From assembly GCA_036172245.1 (NCBI GenBank), contig JAYWIR010000001.1, positions 10,168,001 through 10,232,000 on the forward strand: a stretch of 64,000 bases of DNA. Reading direction: 5' to 3'. Source of the DNA: Raillietiella orientalis (Eukaryota). Shown here one piece after another: positions 35,250-49,199 of this stretch. The notes beneath the pieces were generated by a model. That model searched no databases. It saw only the letters and a program-made list of their open reading frames with translations, and was not told where the DNA came from. Within the stretch, counting starts at the first letter, position 1; each line of letters starts with the position of its first letter. The position numbers were made by a program, and so were the translations under genes.

Positions 35250-36350
35250 GCAGGAAGAAGCTAGCTGTGGCTCAAACTCACTGAAGCAGAGATGAGAGTT
35301 ATGAAACTGCAGGTTGGAACGTTGGTTTATTGTGGAGGAGAGGTCACTCTTCGCAAGACCAAGAACTCTTGCAACCTCGAGGGCAGTTCTCTGATGAGCC
35401 GAGAAGCACATATCCTAACAAATAGGAAAGCCATCAAATACAAACAAGAGATGCTGCTATTCAAAAAGCATCTCTGCAGATCTTTTCTTCAGCACCCGGC
35501 TTTTATGGTCGAGGAACACTCTTTCATAGGCTATCTCACTAAAATCGGGTTTAATGAACTCGTGCAACAGTTGGTGTTTTCCGGTCTTCTCTCAGGCCCC
35601 TGACTTTCCAAGGAAAGTGCATTTCGATTCGAATCTGCTTCCCAATCACTTTCTAGCGGCCGTGATGAATTAAGGCAGCAGATCCGCAGGACGAGATCGT
35701 GAAGATTTATGTCCAGGATGAGGAAATTTGAAATCTATACGTTACACAAGGATCATTTTGAACACAAAGAACAGCGCTCGCTCGGTCATCCGGAGTTTAT
35801 TGTTTTCGCAGAAGGAGCAGAACATAACATCTTTCAGCTGATGATTTTTAGGGCGTCTTATGCCCGGAAATGATTCAAACTAAGAAAGTAACATTCCCCG
35901 GAAGCGCCTGTGTTCTCCCTTCTTTAGAAGTGCATTTCCTTGAGGAAATTTCACCAGAAATCAAGATGTTCAGCAGCATGAATCATAACGAGCGCACATT
36001 AAACGGCGCTCCTGAATAAATGTTTAATCGTGCCTGTCTAATTTAATGCTTCGTCTCCATTTTCCAGCATATTTTTTTATGAAAGTCAGCTTTGTTCCTG
36101 ATTTAACAATCTATCTCTTTGCACCATTAAACAGATGGGCAATAAATAATGCTGTGGATGTCGCCGTTATGAATGAAACAGTCACGAACAAATACTTGGA
36201 TGAACTGCGTCTCTTATCATCTACTCGGTGGAGTCTCTTTGAGGAAGATCGACGCTTGAAAAGTTCCCATCGGCTTCTCAGGGGTACATTTCCGGATGGC
36301 GAAGTGTGAAGATGTGGGAGGCGGCCACACCAATCGTTTCGTCAAAGCTG
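35250..36350 (+). pseudogene. NACHT remnant (copy E)
   Basis: ORF 35292..35603 'LLFKKHLCRSF...LTKIGFNELVQQ' (L.KK.L..; I.GF.E). Confidence 0.4.
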
Positions 36351-37299
36351 CTGCAATCTGTTCTTGCAGAACATCAAGAGACCGGGATGGAACCAGGGAC
36401 AGTTAAAGGTATTTCCTGAATAAAAAAAAGAGAGAGAGTAATGCAAAGTTTGCGCTTTTCTCACTAGATCGATGTTGAATTTTAGAGGCGGGAAATCTTG
36501 AAGCCTGCTAAATGCTCCTGCGGCTTTCCAGAACGTTCCCAGCGCATCCCGTTGCAAGGTGAGATCAAAAGAAGGTTGCTCTATTTAATAGACCAATTTC
36601 ATTTCCGCCAGCTGAAAAGCATCAAGTTTTGACAAGATAATGAATTCATTAGATCTGTGGATGCCCCATAAAAAAAAAAAAAAAAATTGGTCTGTTTGGT
36701 TGTGTTCCGTAGGGAATAAGGAGCAATTTGGAAGTCACTGAATTGCTGAAGATACATGTGACTGGTAGGCAAGATAAGACAAAAGCTATTTTATAGGTGT
36801 CCTTCTGAAATTGCGGAGCTACCAGCTTGTAGTATGAACACTGTGGTGATACCATGGAGCTGGTCACTCATTTATATCCCGTGTCAGCCATTGCTCGAAG
36901 ACCATTAGTCGCTCGAATTTGAGCAACCAAACTCAACACTTATGGTGGACAATGCGGTCGATGATTCCAGCTCATCTTTTCCATTTTATTCACGATTCCG
37001 GCCACCACAATCTCGATCGTGGTTCTTCGTGTTTTTTAGTGACTTGCCTGATATTCTCAAGGCTGCTCGTATGCCATCAATGGCAATACGGCAAAGGAAT
37101 TTTCCCCTTACAGAGGAACTGAAAATTCGGCAGCGTTCTGAAAGTGAGCATCCAGAAAGCTAAACACTCGGGTTTTCTAGTAAGAAATGCAGCCCGATAT
37201 CAGCGAAGACATCGGACATTGGGAGGTTGCATCTTTTCTTTTTCTCCGTATGGTTGTACACTCGACAGACCCAAAAGATGAGAAAGAGCGCCGATAGCT

Positions 37300-38200
37300 G
37301 AGCTGGTGTCGCTGCAAAAAATAATAAAAAAAGGACTTCGCCTATTTAGCTGTAACATGCGATGCATTCAGGCGTCTGTTTCAAGTCGGGAAGGATAGAG
37401 AAAAATGAATTTATTGAGAAAGATGTGGAGCCATTGATTGGAACTGGAAATGAGCTCATGAGGACAGATATCCCCCAGGACTCCGTCTTCCATGGCGGTT
37501 GTTCGAATCCCTTTCCCGACGCTGCATCGGGACTGCTTTTGAATACGTGCATCTTCATCTTCTGGGAAAAGAATGGAAACCAGAATTCGATCACAATGTT
37601 TCAATCAGCGGCAGCTGCCTTTCGAAGATCAGGCTTTTCGTTCGTCGTTTCCCTCCTGTCTTGGAAGCAGCGCTCCCTAGAACTGGGTTCATGGAAACTG
37701 GAAGATATCTCAGAGTTTCAACACGACAGGCCGTGACTTGGGTTTCCAGGTGTACGGTACGTTTGTCCACCCGGTTTGTCCCAAGATTTTTTGGAATTCC
37801 AAAGGGAGTTCACTTCTTTTCAGAAGCGCTGCTCCGCATAAAGTTCAGTTATTCTGCAGGAACAGCGCCGGCGTGAAAGAATAATTTCGGCCTTTTATTT
37901 TTCATCTCCTTCTGCCTTTGTCCTTAAGTTCCATGAGTTCAGCCTTGGCTTTTGGGGCAAATACGAAAAAGCGATACACTCTTCGTGTCGTGTTAAAGTG
38001 GTCTGATGTAAGTCTCATCGGACCCTAAGCGAACTGAAGTTTGAATATCACCGATGCTAGAAGCAGTATGAAGATCCTTTGGACCCGAGAGTGCCCGAAT
38101 GCGCTCCAAACGAAGCCAAAGTTTTCTTGGCTTGAAAGGCGATTGCTTGTCTTCTTGAAGAACGAAACTGACCGAGTGTCCTCCAATGGAATCCATCAGC
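37300..38200 (-). pseudogene. Possible NACHT remnant (copy F)
   Basis: 'ETYIRPL' (ORF 37993..38196), 'LIFERQLP' (~37605-37635), 'LHIFLNKFIF' (ORF 37368..37604). Weak. Confidence 0.3.
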
Positions 38201-39899
38201 TTCAGTTTTGCAGATCATAAGGCAATAAGTATTGAATGGACGGAGAAGTCGTAGCTACCTTTCCTCTTAAGCATCAATGCGGTTCAGAAACAGACTGGGG
38301 CTAAACGACCAACCTCGTGCCTTGCAGTTGGTTTTCACCTTTAGATTTTTATGTACATCCGCAGAACTCAGTTAATTTCGTACTCTCTTGGCAAATGGAA
38401 GAACTACCGACAGAATTACATGACGGCATGAATTTTGAATTCCTTCCTGCTTCTAACACAGCTTTACCCAATCTTATCAGATGCTGAATCACCAGAGATA
38501 AAATTTCCATTGTACCAAATCAACAGCTTATTTTCTAATTACGCCAAAGACTTTGCTGCTGTCTGGAACCGAGATGCACTTAGAACTGTGTATTGATAAC
38601 TCTTGAATAAGGCAACATCCGGTGCAGAAACGAGGGAGAATTCAATACAGAGTATATTTTATTTCCCTACAAAATCCGTCTTTTTGGATTTATGGGTCAG
38701 AAAGATCGGTCATGCTTTGAGAGATAAGGAATGGACTTAGGAAAAGAAAAGTTTGCATTCCCACTCAACTGTGCATTCTTTTTTTTTTCTTTTTTCAAGC
38801 TCTCGTCGAGAATACTGCACTTATCAATTGGAAATACGAAACTGCATGCTATGCCGGAAAATTCCTCTACCGGTTCCTATTCAAAATGTGCACTACACCC
38901 AACTCGATGTACACCTTGGTTCACTGCACATCCGTCTCGGATCACGGAACGTGTTTGCAGCCACCCAGCCACTCAGCGAACTAGGATCTCGAGTGTAGGA
39001 TTTCGAGATTTTCGTTTCCAATACAAGGCTTCATTTCCTAATTAGAAGATACTTGTTCATTTTACATCTCCTAAGTCATTCGAGAAGAATTTGGTACGAA
39101 GGACTGTCTGCTTCATTATTTTGAACTCATTCGAGTGGAAAAATCCTTACAGGTCTGTCTGTCTTCAAGAGCAGATTATTACTGTTTGAAGGTCTAACAG
39201 TGTTTTACGGTCAGCGACTTTCAGAATTCCATCAGTTCTTTCGAGTTTACGTTTATGAATGTCGGCAGCCTCACATTCCAGTGAGTCTCACATGAAAGAT
39301 GCCTTTCAGAAACTGTGGTTACATTCACTCATTCCCTACGAAATTCAATGAAAATCGGAAATTCTTCCTCTCAGCTGAATTTCGACATTCCATTTCGCAG
39401 CTGTGCATTTCATTCCTCCGTTTTCCACTCTGAAGTCTCATCCACAGATAATGACAGAACTCGTTTGACCCTCTTAAGTGACGTCGCTTGGAATGTTGGG
39501 TTCCGCGGATGTGCAGCCAATTAGCCCTGATAAGCGGACTCGAACTTCCACAGGCTTTAATTCCACTGCCCGGTGCCACTGTTTGGCAAAATCAGAGATC
39601 AATCGATTCAAAGATCAATCTTCGCTATTAGAGGCGGATTTCGTTTTGGCGATTCCTTCATCATGCATGCGCCAAAACGATTCAAATCGTGATGTTCAAA
39701 TGAGGGTTCGTATTCAGGAAGGGCGTTTCCTTATGAATCTTATGAGGTTCTCCCTAAATACCCGAGGTCGAGTCCTTATGAAGTCCCCAGCATGTGCCTG
39801 CTAACCAGTTCCATACGCTCCAATTGACTGTGGCGATATTCGCGTTCCACAAATGGATTATTTAATTTGCCACGGCCGCCTACTTCCCCAAAAAAGTGG

Positions 39900-41250
39900 T
39901 GAAAATGAATGTGGTTTGATTGGAAGCATCGAGGCCACAACCACAGACGCAACAATTTTGTTAACTGCTGCCTGGAATGATTACGTCATTCACGTCACGA
40001 CCAAAGCAGTTTGATCTTCACTCTGGATCTCTGAATCTTAGGTTCTGATATTCGGAGTGAAGTGAACGAGATTCGCACTCCACGTAGGGTGTCCCCACGC
40101 CTTTGAAGACAGTCCTGGAAGACTCAAAATGCATTGCTCCAAGGTCGATATTTCCCGATTTCGACCGACGGGTTACAGCTGTGGTTTCCAGATCATTGAA
40201 ATGAGCTCTAAATAAATCAAGATGCTATTTCGAGAAAGAAGATCATATCATTTTCACGGTTTTCACATATTGGCAGAATTCTGCCAGAAATCCCCATGGA
40301 AATGAATCATGTTGAAAATTTGATTGAATGCTTGAAAGACGTTGCATTTAGCGATCAATTGCGAGCCGGAGATGTGCTTGCGATGGAGACATCCTCCGTA
40401 TGAGTTCATTCCAGATGTGATCTGAAAATATAATATTGAGGGTGCTCTTGAGAAAATTCCTCTGCTAGCTAACCGGTACTTTTCCAGTCGGTCTGAAGAC
40501 AAGAAAAAAGTCCTGACACCAGAGTAGGGCAACATTCTCTCCAAAGGAGAGACCTTATTTCTTCAAGTCAGATCAGTACCCGATCCATATTTCTTCGCTT
40601 GTTTATCATTTGGAGCATTCGGCTGAAACCTAAACTTCTGGCATTCATTTCTCCAGAATGGAATAAAACATGGCAGATGGAAAGTGCAAAGCTGAGTAGC
40701 CTTCTTGAAATGCATGCAAAATCTAATCTTTTGTTCCGCTTCTTTCATGGAAAGGCTTTTTTGATAGTCTTCTCACTCGCTGCTCTGTACTTAAACTAAA
40801 CTCTGCGACTTCCCCGACAGCCCGTGTTCGTTCCAAACACTAACTCCTCGCCATCGAGCATTTAAATGGCGTTTCCTGCTGAAATGGATCTGCCTTCCAG
40901 TGAGATAGCCACTGAAAGGTTTTCCGTGTTCCCACGAAGGGACCAGTAACTCCCAGCAATGTCATCTCCTTAGTGGCCTTCAGATACATTTTGACATCTT
41001 CGAACACATCAGTGGCTGCCATCCAATGCATGAAATATCTCGAGGGTTGACAGATGTGTGATCCAGTTCTGAGAGAACACTAAATAAAAGAAGTGAAAGG
41101 ACATGAGAGAAATGATCGGAGCGGATTCAAAAAAATCTACTGGGCTGGTGGAAGAAAATAGAAATCGTTCTTCGAGATGGGATGCGGTTTCCGGAACGCA
41201 CAGCGAACAGCGTTTCAAGTGTTTGCAGAACTGTTCCGCTGATGTTCTTT
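39900..41250 (-). pseudogene. NACHT remnant (copy G)
   Basis: 'TLLGVTGPFVGTRKTFQWLSHW' (Walker A plus W, ORF 40840..41031); 'DLGAMHFESSRTVF' (LG.LAF...VF-like, ~40105-40148). Confidence 0.5.
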
Positions 41251-41749
41251 CGGGGTTGTTCTACCATTCCATTGTACAACAAACGAGTTTTCAGGAGACG
41301 GCGGCCCATTCGTGAAGAGGAACGATGCACCATGCAGCAGTGCTATGTAGAATCGTGCCAGTTTTCGAGCCCGGTGCTGCGATGGAATTTTCAGCCGAAT
41401 GCTCCCCTGAATTTGTGGGAACGGCAGGCGCGAAAATGCATCGGCGGCAGGAAAAGTAACACAAGAGGTTGTTTTCTTTTCTTTTCTGTCTGGAGCACAA
41501 ATATTGACGCAGTTACGAGCCCCAGAATGAATCGGGATTGCAGAAAATCACAACTTTTATCAACCGATCGTTGGTCACTCACAGTGCTGCAGCTGTGCTT
41601 TGACTTGAAAATGGCCAGTAATCCCTGCTATCACCTACTCTGCAACCGCGAAGAATAAGAAGAAGAAGAAATGCTTTATCGATGACTTTCATAAAGTTTA
41701 CCCTAAAACCAATCTCCAATAGCATTTAGTTCCCTGGATACAGTCGTGA

Positions 41750-42800
41750 ACTTCAACGGCCGCACTGCCACACCACCCTGGCAGGGTTTACGAGAAAGGA
41801 AAATGGGAGTTTCCGATAAAGCGAGGATTCATTCCGTGCAAGGGAGAAATGCATTTGCCACATTCGTTTCCAAGGGGGCAGAGAGAGAATTGCAGGGGCA
41901 CTTCCCCTAGTCAATCGGATTGCGTTGAAAGGAAAACTCCTTGATACTTTCTGTCTGTTGTTTGAGAGAAATCCCGTAGCGTCTCTTTTCAGATTTTCCA
42001 ATCAGGAGCCAGTACCTTCGAGAGGGTACTTGTAGCTTTTGATGTTTTGTAAGGGTGAACCTCGAGATGAGGGAAAGATTGGCAGTTGAGAGCAAAAATG
42101 CCTTACACAGTAATGAAATAAATGCAAATGATCGGAGTGTTGCGGGAGCAACTGCTTGCTCTAGAAGGTTCCCCCTACAAAAATCTTGAACCGATCTGCG
42201 AGAACATAAGCGTGAAGTTAACAAGAAGCAAAAGACCACTCGCATGCTGGTGACGGCTTTCTCTGCTGGGTTTCCGAGGACTGGTGGACGACCACTTAAT
42301 GGCAGCAGTGCTTCCACATCCGTTACAAATCCCATCAGCCCTTGCGATATGCCAACACGCGAATCCATGCGAACATATCAGGTCATTCTCTACTAAAAAT
42401 GCAGGCATGGTCAGCATCCAGAAAATAAATGTAAAGTAATATCACTGCCATACGCTATGAATGATGATTGGTGGATTAAATCAGTGCAGGTTTGCCAAGG
42501 CACTCGGGGGAATTCACCATCGTTTTCTAGAGAAAGTCTGGGTTCATGGAAACGCCAACGAAACCAATACCCCGGACTGGTTTCGTAGTGCAGTCAAAGC
42601 ACGTTGCGAGGACAACTTGGAAGTGGATCCTGGAAAAGAAAGGAATACAGGGCAGGCCTGAAAAAAATCCCCGAATTGACTTTCAAGTTTCGTTACGCTT
42701 TCCACAGATGCGAGTTCTTTTTCTCTGAAAGAGGGAACCTTCGTTCCGTTGGAGTCTCCAAGGGACCGCACCAGTCATTGCAGTGCTTTCCGAGATGCAG
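41750..42800 (-). pseudogene. NACHT remnant (copy H)
   Basis: 'VFLSFPGSTSK' (ORF 42544..42771), then 'GLMGFVTD', 'FCFLLTSRL' (sensor 1), 'FISLLCKAF' and 'TLTK' (ORF 41907..42368). Confidence 0.45.
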
Positions 42801-42889
42801 CATTATCAAATCATTTTGCACTGATCGGCCTCCTTCCTATGCAACTCCGATTTTGCCACTTTGTCGGAGCTCCACCTGTCCTTTGGACC

Positions 42890-43430
42890 TCCTGTGCGAC
42901 GCTCGCCGGCATCACTGGACACGGGGATGTGGTCGTGTGCCAGGTGTGAGGAGTGCGAATTCCTCCCAAACCTGCTTATGGAATTGCATTGCCATGCGGC
43001 CCTTATGAAAACGCTTTGCTGTGACCCTAGCAACCCCTGGAGGGAACTCCAGCGACGCTCTGAAACCCCACCTCGTTGGCGACCCCCTTCGGTCCGCAGC
43101 CTCGCCAGCAGCTCTCTGCTGCCTACGCGAGATTGTAGCTGCCTGGAGCGACTTAAAGGGAGGGCAGAGTGACAGAGATGCCATCCACTATTCCTTCCGC
43201 TTCACGATGATGGCGACGAGATGTCCCCTCCCGAAGGACTGTGTGCAGCAAGAGCTTGCCGGCATCCTGCAAAGGATGCAGGGATGCAGGGAGCGCCTCC
43301 AGCAGAACTTGACTCCTTACCGCTCCCCGTCCTAAATTTATTTATTTATTTCCATTTTTGTTTTTCTTTTGTATGCTTCCCTTCCCTGTGCTGCCGTGGC
43401 GGACTTCACCGGTCTGCGTACTGGTAACCC
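42890..43430 (+). mobile_element. L1/Tx1-like LINE 3' end
   Basis: 'SCARCEECEFLPNLLMEL' CCHC-like; 'MATRCPLP..ELAGILQRM' matches the C-terminus at 16605; T-rich UTR. Confidence 0.75.
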
Positions 43431-43479
43431 AGCAGGCTCCCGTCAAATAGCACGTGGTTGGACCACAGGTCCAAACATG

Positions 43480-44350
43480 GAGACTATGATCGTTTATTTT
43501 TTATACGAAATGAGGGTCCCGGACCACACGGATGAGAATCAATTTGTCCATTGGTATGTGGAGCATTGGATTATCCACAATTATAGAACAGAACCTTTGC
43601 TCAATACTGGCTTTCCACGCCCACATGTTTACTTCCGTGACGGGGTCGCATGTGACTGCGTGGATGGCATGGTTATGCAGCTTCAGAAAGGAGGAAAAAC
43701 AAAGTCTGGAGATGCATATGAATTCCAACAGGAGTGAAGGAGTCGCAATTAAGAAGATTACGATTTTCAGAAGCGCTAGCCAAACTTCGACCTTCAGATC
43801 TGCGCATCGCTTGCATTCCGGAAGCAACTTTTCGTCTTCTTCCACAATTTCATAAACGAACTCGCCTTGCTTGGATCATTCCCGAAAGTAGTGGGCGGGT
43901 AGCCAGGGAAACCAGGCGCACGAAACGACGGAACCAAGTTCCCGATCTCGGGATTCCAAGGAGAGAAGATGAGAATTGCTTTTCGGTTCCGTCGATATGT
44001 GTCGTGGAGACGTAGCAGCCGGTTCATGCAGAGAACCTTCCTAGTGAAGCCAATTAAGAGGAGCATAAGATCGTTTGACCGGATCTGCATCCCCGTGCTT
44101 ACGTCTTCGGATGTTCAAACCTATACCTAGAAAACTCATGTGCAGCTTGACTGCCCACTTGAGAGAGATCGTGTCGAGGCTTTCAATGGCACGTTCTTGC
44201 TTTCTTGTGAGAACCCAGGTCGAACTTGAGAGCGTCTCCACAGGCAGATGAGATCGGAATTCCAGAGTGTTTCTTCCATGAAGCTCATCGCCGATTCACC
44301 AACGGCTGGCAAACACGAACGACTCTCAGGTTGTGCAGTTCAGAAACCAG
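43480..44350 (-). pseudogene. NACHT remnant (copy I)
   Basis: 'TISLKWAVKLHMSFLGIGLNIR' (..I..DWA..F...L.LR, ORF 44041..44241), 'DLMLLLIGF' (Walker B-like, 43794..44090), 'IATPSLLLEFIC' (P.LL..IC, 43501..43845). Confidence 0.55.
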
Positions 44351-44459
44351 ATAATCAAGTCAGCGCCGCCTCTACGTGTTCAGACGGCGCCCGCAGCGAC
44401 ATGCAATCCCCCGGCGCTCCGGTTGTCCTCAGCAGCTTGACGGGGAGTTTATGCCTCTT

Positions 44460-45267
44460 TGACAGCACTTGGGAGGAGATCACGTCCTGAGCTGCGTCCC
44501 GGTTTCCTAGCTCCTCGTTTCGAGAGGCGGGGATCACGAGGAGGCGTCGTTGATGGCGCTTTCCTTCTCTATAGACTATCGGGAAGCGTGCCCACTCCTC
44601 TGGGGCTCCCTGCAGCCGTCCGGGCACTCCGCCTGCTTGCATGGCTACTCAAGCGTGGGATACTGGCAAGCATCCTTCGCTCCCTGACTGCGGCCATCTT
44701 CATGAGCGCGATGATCTTCGCTGAGAGCTACGTCGTCCCGCGTGTGGACACGAGGGCCGTCTGGAGGAAGAGCTCTTCGGGGTCACCTCGGTCCGCTAGC
44801 TCAGTGATATCGGCCGCTCCCTGAGGACCCTCACAGAGGGCGCGCGCCTCCTCTTCCAGGTAGTGCGGAGGTGGCGTCCACTGTCTCCACGGCGACAGGT
44901 CCTCCTTCTGCCTTCCCTCCCCGTTCTGAAAGCTGGCGGGGAGGTCGCTTTGTGGACCGGTCACCACAGGAGCAGAAGCCCGGCTTTCCTCGAGAATGCC
45001 TCCGATCCGAAGGACGTCCATTGGAGGTGGTCCACGACACCGTTGAGCGAACCCGCCGCCGCCTTCACCATCACCCATTTGGCACGAGGTCGCCGGATTC
45101 CGGTGACGGCGTCCTTCCTCCGCCGCGAACTTATCCTCTTTCTCCTCCAATTTGTTTGGCCGTCCGCTGCTGCGGGAAGAAGCACTATCAGCGTTTCAAG
45201 AGGAAGCGTTGCTTCCTGCACAGAGATTTCTCAGAGGATCAGGGGAAATCCCTGCATCTGATTCTCG

Positions 45268-45303
<36 letters not shown>

Positions 45304-45305
45304 AA
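44460..45305. mobile_element. GC-rich retroelement-like fragment bounded by a ~37 nt A-rich tract
   Basis: Abrupt GC shift; A-rich tract at 45269-45305; no diagnostic motif. Confidence 0.3.
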
Positions 45306-45309
45306 GGAA

Positions 45310-46150
45310 ATGCACCTGATGGTGTTTACGTTAACATGGAGGTGGAGAATCCCCTACGGAAGCAAAGACCCTCAGGGTATTTATTTACAGAGATCGCACG
45401 TCCCGAATTCAAGCAACCACATTCCATTACCCTGCGTTCTTGAATGCTCCAAGCTCCTTAGAAGTTCTTTTCTTTACCAGGTTAAAGGGCTGTTAGTCTA
45501 CCATCTCATATTTTTTTCCGGAACGTTCTATTTTCCAGATGCTCCACAATAAACATCCTCCCTCTGCATCCTCCTTCTGTACTGTGCACTACGTAGATAC
45601 TACGGCACGGAGCTTGATGCAGCGTTAGAAGGTAGTTAGGGACGACCGAATTCTGCTAGCCAGGTTTTCAGCCTAAGACGACCATTTCCACAGAATACAC
45701 CGCGCTCAATGTGACTTTGCCCAAGGTGGATTCATATCCGTGGCCGCAAAATTCATTCGAAATTCGAATTCGCCGACGATCTCGATGCCCTGTATGCAGG
45801 TCGTCATGGCAGACAAGCTCCCAAGAGCTTACTCGAGCGGCAGGGATGCTCGCGGTGAAGAATGGTGATGAAGGAGGCACAGTGAAGAGAAAAGAATGCG
45901 GGCCAGGGTGACACGAATGGAGTCCTGGTGGATTTTCCAGTTCCTGCCGAAACGGGGATTGGGCTTTGACCTTTCAGTGTCGTCAACACGCGTGTCCTTC
46001 AGAGCGGGCGGCGCCGGTGCGGAGTTTCGGTTTCAATTGCAGCGATGGTCCTGAGTTCAACGCAATTCTTTTGATGAGAGGATTCCCCTGGATCGCAGCT
46101 TCCGTAGAATGCAAACAGCAACTTCTTGTGGCATGTTCTGGCAGATGAAT
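45310..46150 (+). pseudogene. Possible NACHT C-terminal remnant (copy J)
   Basis: 'SKLLRSSFL' (ORF 45310..45552), 'LCILLLYC', 'TFQCRQH..SERAA' (ORF 45966..46148) in order. Weak. Confidence 0.25.
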
Positions 46151-47299
46151 TATGGTAAGATATTCATTTGTTGCTGCTGGACCGCAGGTCCTGATAACTA
46201 TGTAAGTATCACCATGCATTAAGTTCGGAAGGCACAATCCCATCTAATAAACACGCCTTCACGGTGCAGATCTGCAAAGACCTCTTCTGGCACACCTCTA
46301 CCTGGACAGCAGTACCGAATTTTCTGGAATGCTCCTTCATCTCAGTGAAATCACACATGCTGAAAGCCCCAAAGATTTGTGAAGGGCTAATTTATTGCTC
46401 CTAGCTACAGTGGGGATGTTGATGAGCGAACGCAAATTTGTAGATCGTGGGTTTGTCGTCAGGAACCGATGACTATAAAATTAGTGAAAATCTCTTTGAC
46501 CTTCCACTAGACGATGTAGCTGAGAACCCAGGTCGTTTCGATTCGAAAACTCATCCTTCCTAGTAGAACGGTCGCAACAACTCTAAGGAACGAAGGGAAG
46601 TGGCTGCAAAGCTTTTGGTTTTGTCATAAAGTCCTATCCAACCGCAGCTGCAGAGACACATCGGAGAAACACTCGATATTTGTCAGAGGTATGAATCTAT
46701 GTCTATATATAAACCAGTTTTATTCCCCCTGATTTTTGCTCTATGTAGTGAAGGATTCAGGCAACCAGAATCGCTCGGATTCTTCCTTTTTATTTATAAG
46801 TATTTCCGTCTCATATTTCAGGCCTCAGGATGACTGTGACCGATAGTAAATAATCCTTAATGCATATGCCGTGTTTATTTTCCGACATTTCATTTTGACA
46901 CTTCTTTCAATACTTGGAGTGAGCACAAGATGATATCTGTCACATCTCTGGAAGAAGTGTTATGATGGCGCATCAAAAACGTGTCTGGGAAACTCGAGGA
47001 ATCCCCACGAACAGGAAGCGGAAATCCCGAACAGTCTTTTTTTTCTTTCCTCACTTGCGTTGCATGAATTCGTTAGCAAATCCTCGATTATGAGGTTTGA
47101 AACGGGAAGAATGCAGTCGGACGGTATCCGGACGGGACAGGCGCAGAGGAAGATTTCCTTAAAAATGAGTTCTCGATGCCACAAGTTTTTTTTTTCTTCC
47201 CTAAATTGTGTTAGAAATAGAACGGAATGCTTCTGGAAAGTAATTTCCTAAATGTCATCTAAGGGGTGCCATTACTTCCTACAAAAATCCAGGGGCATC

Positions 47300-49000
47300 A
47301 TCAACATGCGATTGCGGTAAGTTTTGATGGGATTTCAGTCATTCAGAGGGAGAGATCCGTGTTTCCATCTCGAAGATGCTTTCTCTTATGACAGCTCCGA
47401 CCTGCCGATATCGGTTTCGTTAGCATAGGATTACCGGAAGTTCCAAAAAAAGGCATTTTCTGCTCGATCTTCGTGGAAGCAATGCTTCTAAAAATCAAAC
47501 AGGCAAATGATCAGTTCATGCAAAAAACAAAATAAAATTTTCCATCAGACGATTCTATTTTCAGAAGAGAATCCGAGCTCAGGCGGCTACACCGAAATGG
47601 AATACTCACTGAACAGGAAGAAGGATTTTTCTGGTTTCTGGATGCCATATCTCCTGAAAGCCTTCCAGTGTCAAAGGATTGATCTGCAGATAGGAAATAA
47701 AGATCAGTTAGTGAAGTGAGCTATGATCCGAGGACCTAGGATGCTTTCGGGAACGTGGGGAACGGCAGTTTTTCCGGAAATGACGACTCAAAGACAAAAA
47801 AAAACCATCTAGCCATTGATCAGAAAAAATCTTGGCTCTTTATCTTCTACTTCATCCAGAGAGCTTTGCGTCATTTGTGGACAACGCTTCGACACTGCTA
47901 TGATCCTTGCAAAAGTGCTGTGGATGCTCCTAACACTGCAGAAGAAAATTCCAGCTTTGTCTCTGTGAATAATAGAAGAACGGTGTCTTTACACAAACAA
48001 TTTATGAAACTATCCACAATACCATGGTCAGATGAGCTCTGCTGCAGAAAAAAAGACACGACTGTCATAAGATGTTATGATTCGGGATCTCCGCAGCATG
48101 GAAAGCTCCTTGACCGTACTTCTTTAACGATAATTATTCAAGAAGGGAAGGGAGGGAACTCATCATTCTAAAGGCATCTCCATCCTCAATGTTGCACCAA
48201 TGAGTACAGATGCTGGCTTCGCAAGTATTGTCTGGAAGGGATGAAGCATGCTCGCAACAGTTCGGCGAGAACAACAGGGCTACTGACAGTGTCAGCGAAG
48301 CTTTGTCCTTACCAAATCAAGCGATCTTGGAGCCACACTCATTCCAGGAAAACAATAAATGTCCCCTTCCAGAATAATAAGAGCAACATAGGTGGCAACT
48401 CTGATACACATTGAAGGCTTTCTTCACTGTGCTCCCGAATGACGAATGGAAGGGATAGTAAGGAATTCCAGGAACTTCAAGCGCTTCTTGATGCACATAA
48501 GTCAAGATTAATTGTTGCTCTCTGTTGCTATTGGCAAGCAGAATCAAAACCACTGCCATTTTTAAGAATCGAGATCTTCGGATGAAGACTCAGTGCAGGA
48601 TGTTAGGCAGGAGACTCTTTCAAAGTATCTTCGGAGAGTGTTAGTTCTGTGGCTGACAACTGCGGAGATCACTCAGCTTCCATGGAATCATGGTCTGCAC
48701 TCAAACTCCCCACTGAGTTTATTGAAGTTAGAGGCTGCAATGAGCCAGGAAAATGGTTCGTACCCATTCACCCACTCACTAGAGTGTCTTTTTTTTGGTA
48801 GCGGGTAAACTCCAGCATGGAGGCTGCCTTCGCTCTCATGCAGCAGATCAGCCACAAGGGACAGGTGAAGACAGAGAATTTCTCCAGACATTTCTGATTT
48901 TTCTCTCCAGTCCATCTTCTCTCATTGCAGTTGTTTTTCCTGGTAACCCCGGTACCTAGGCACAAGTCTTGTGCTCTTGTTGCCCATGCCAACCGCAGCA
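47300..49000 (+). pseudogene. NACHT/STAND NTPase pseudogene (copy K)
   Basis: 'MIRGPRMLSG' (Walker A position, ~47723); ORF 47755..48171 'LAIDQKKSWLFIFYFIQRAL...VIRCYDS..GKLLDRTSLTII'; ORF 48593..48808 'SLLKL...YPFTHSLECLFF' (Y.F.H.S.QEFF). Confidence 0.65.
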
Positions 49001-49199
49001 AACGCGCTCGAGGTGTTCCTAAAGGTCATCTTTAGAGGGAGCAGCTGAGCAGGCAGGAGTCGAAAATCGTTTTTTTTTTTGGCACAGCCATGGTGAGGGA
49101 TAGCGCCTTTCTTGTGGATTCCCGTGGAAGGGTCCCTAACTTACCTGGGGTTCGTTTCCCTCCCCCCCCCCCCACACACACGCACGCACACACAAGATA

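Noticed and set aside
43369-43737. Plus-strand 122 aa ORF as a host exon
   Set aside because: Begins in a LINE 3' UTR and overlaps NACHT-like motifs on the opposite strand.
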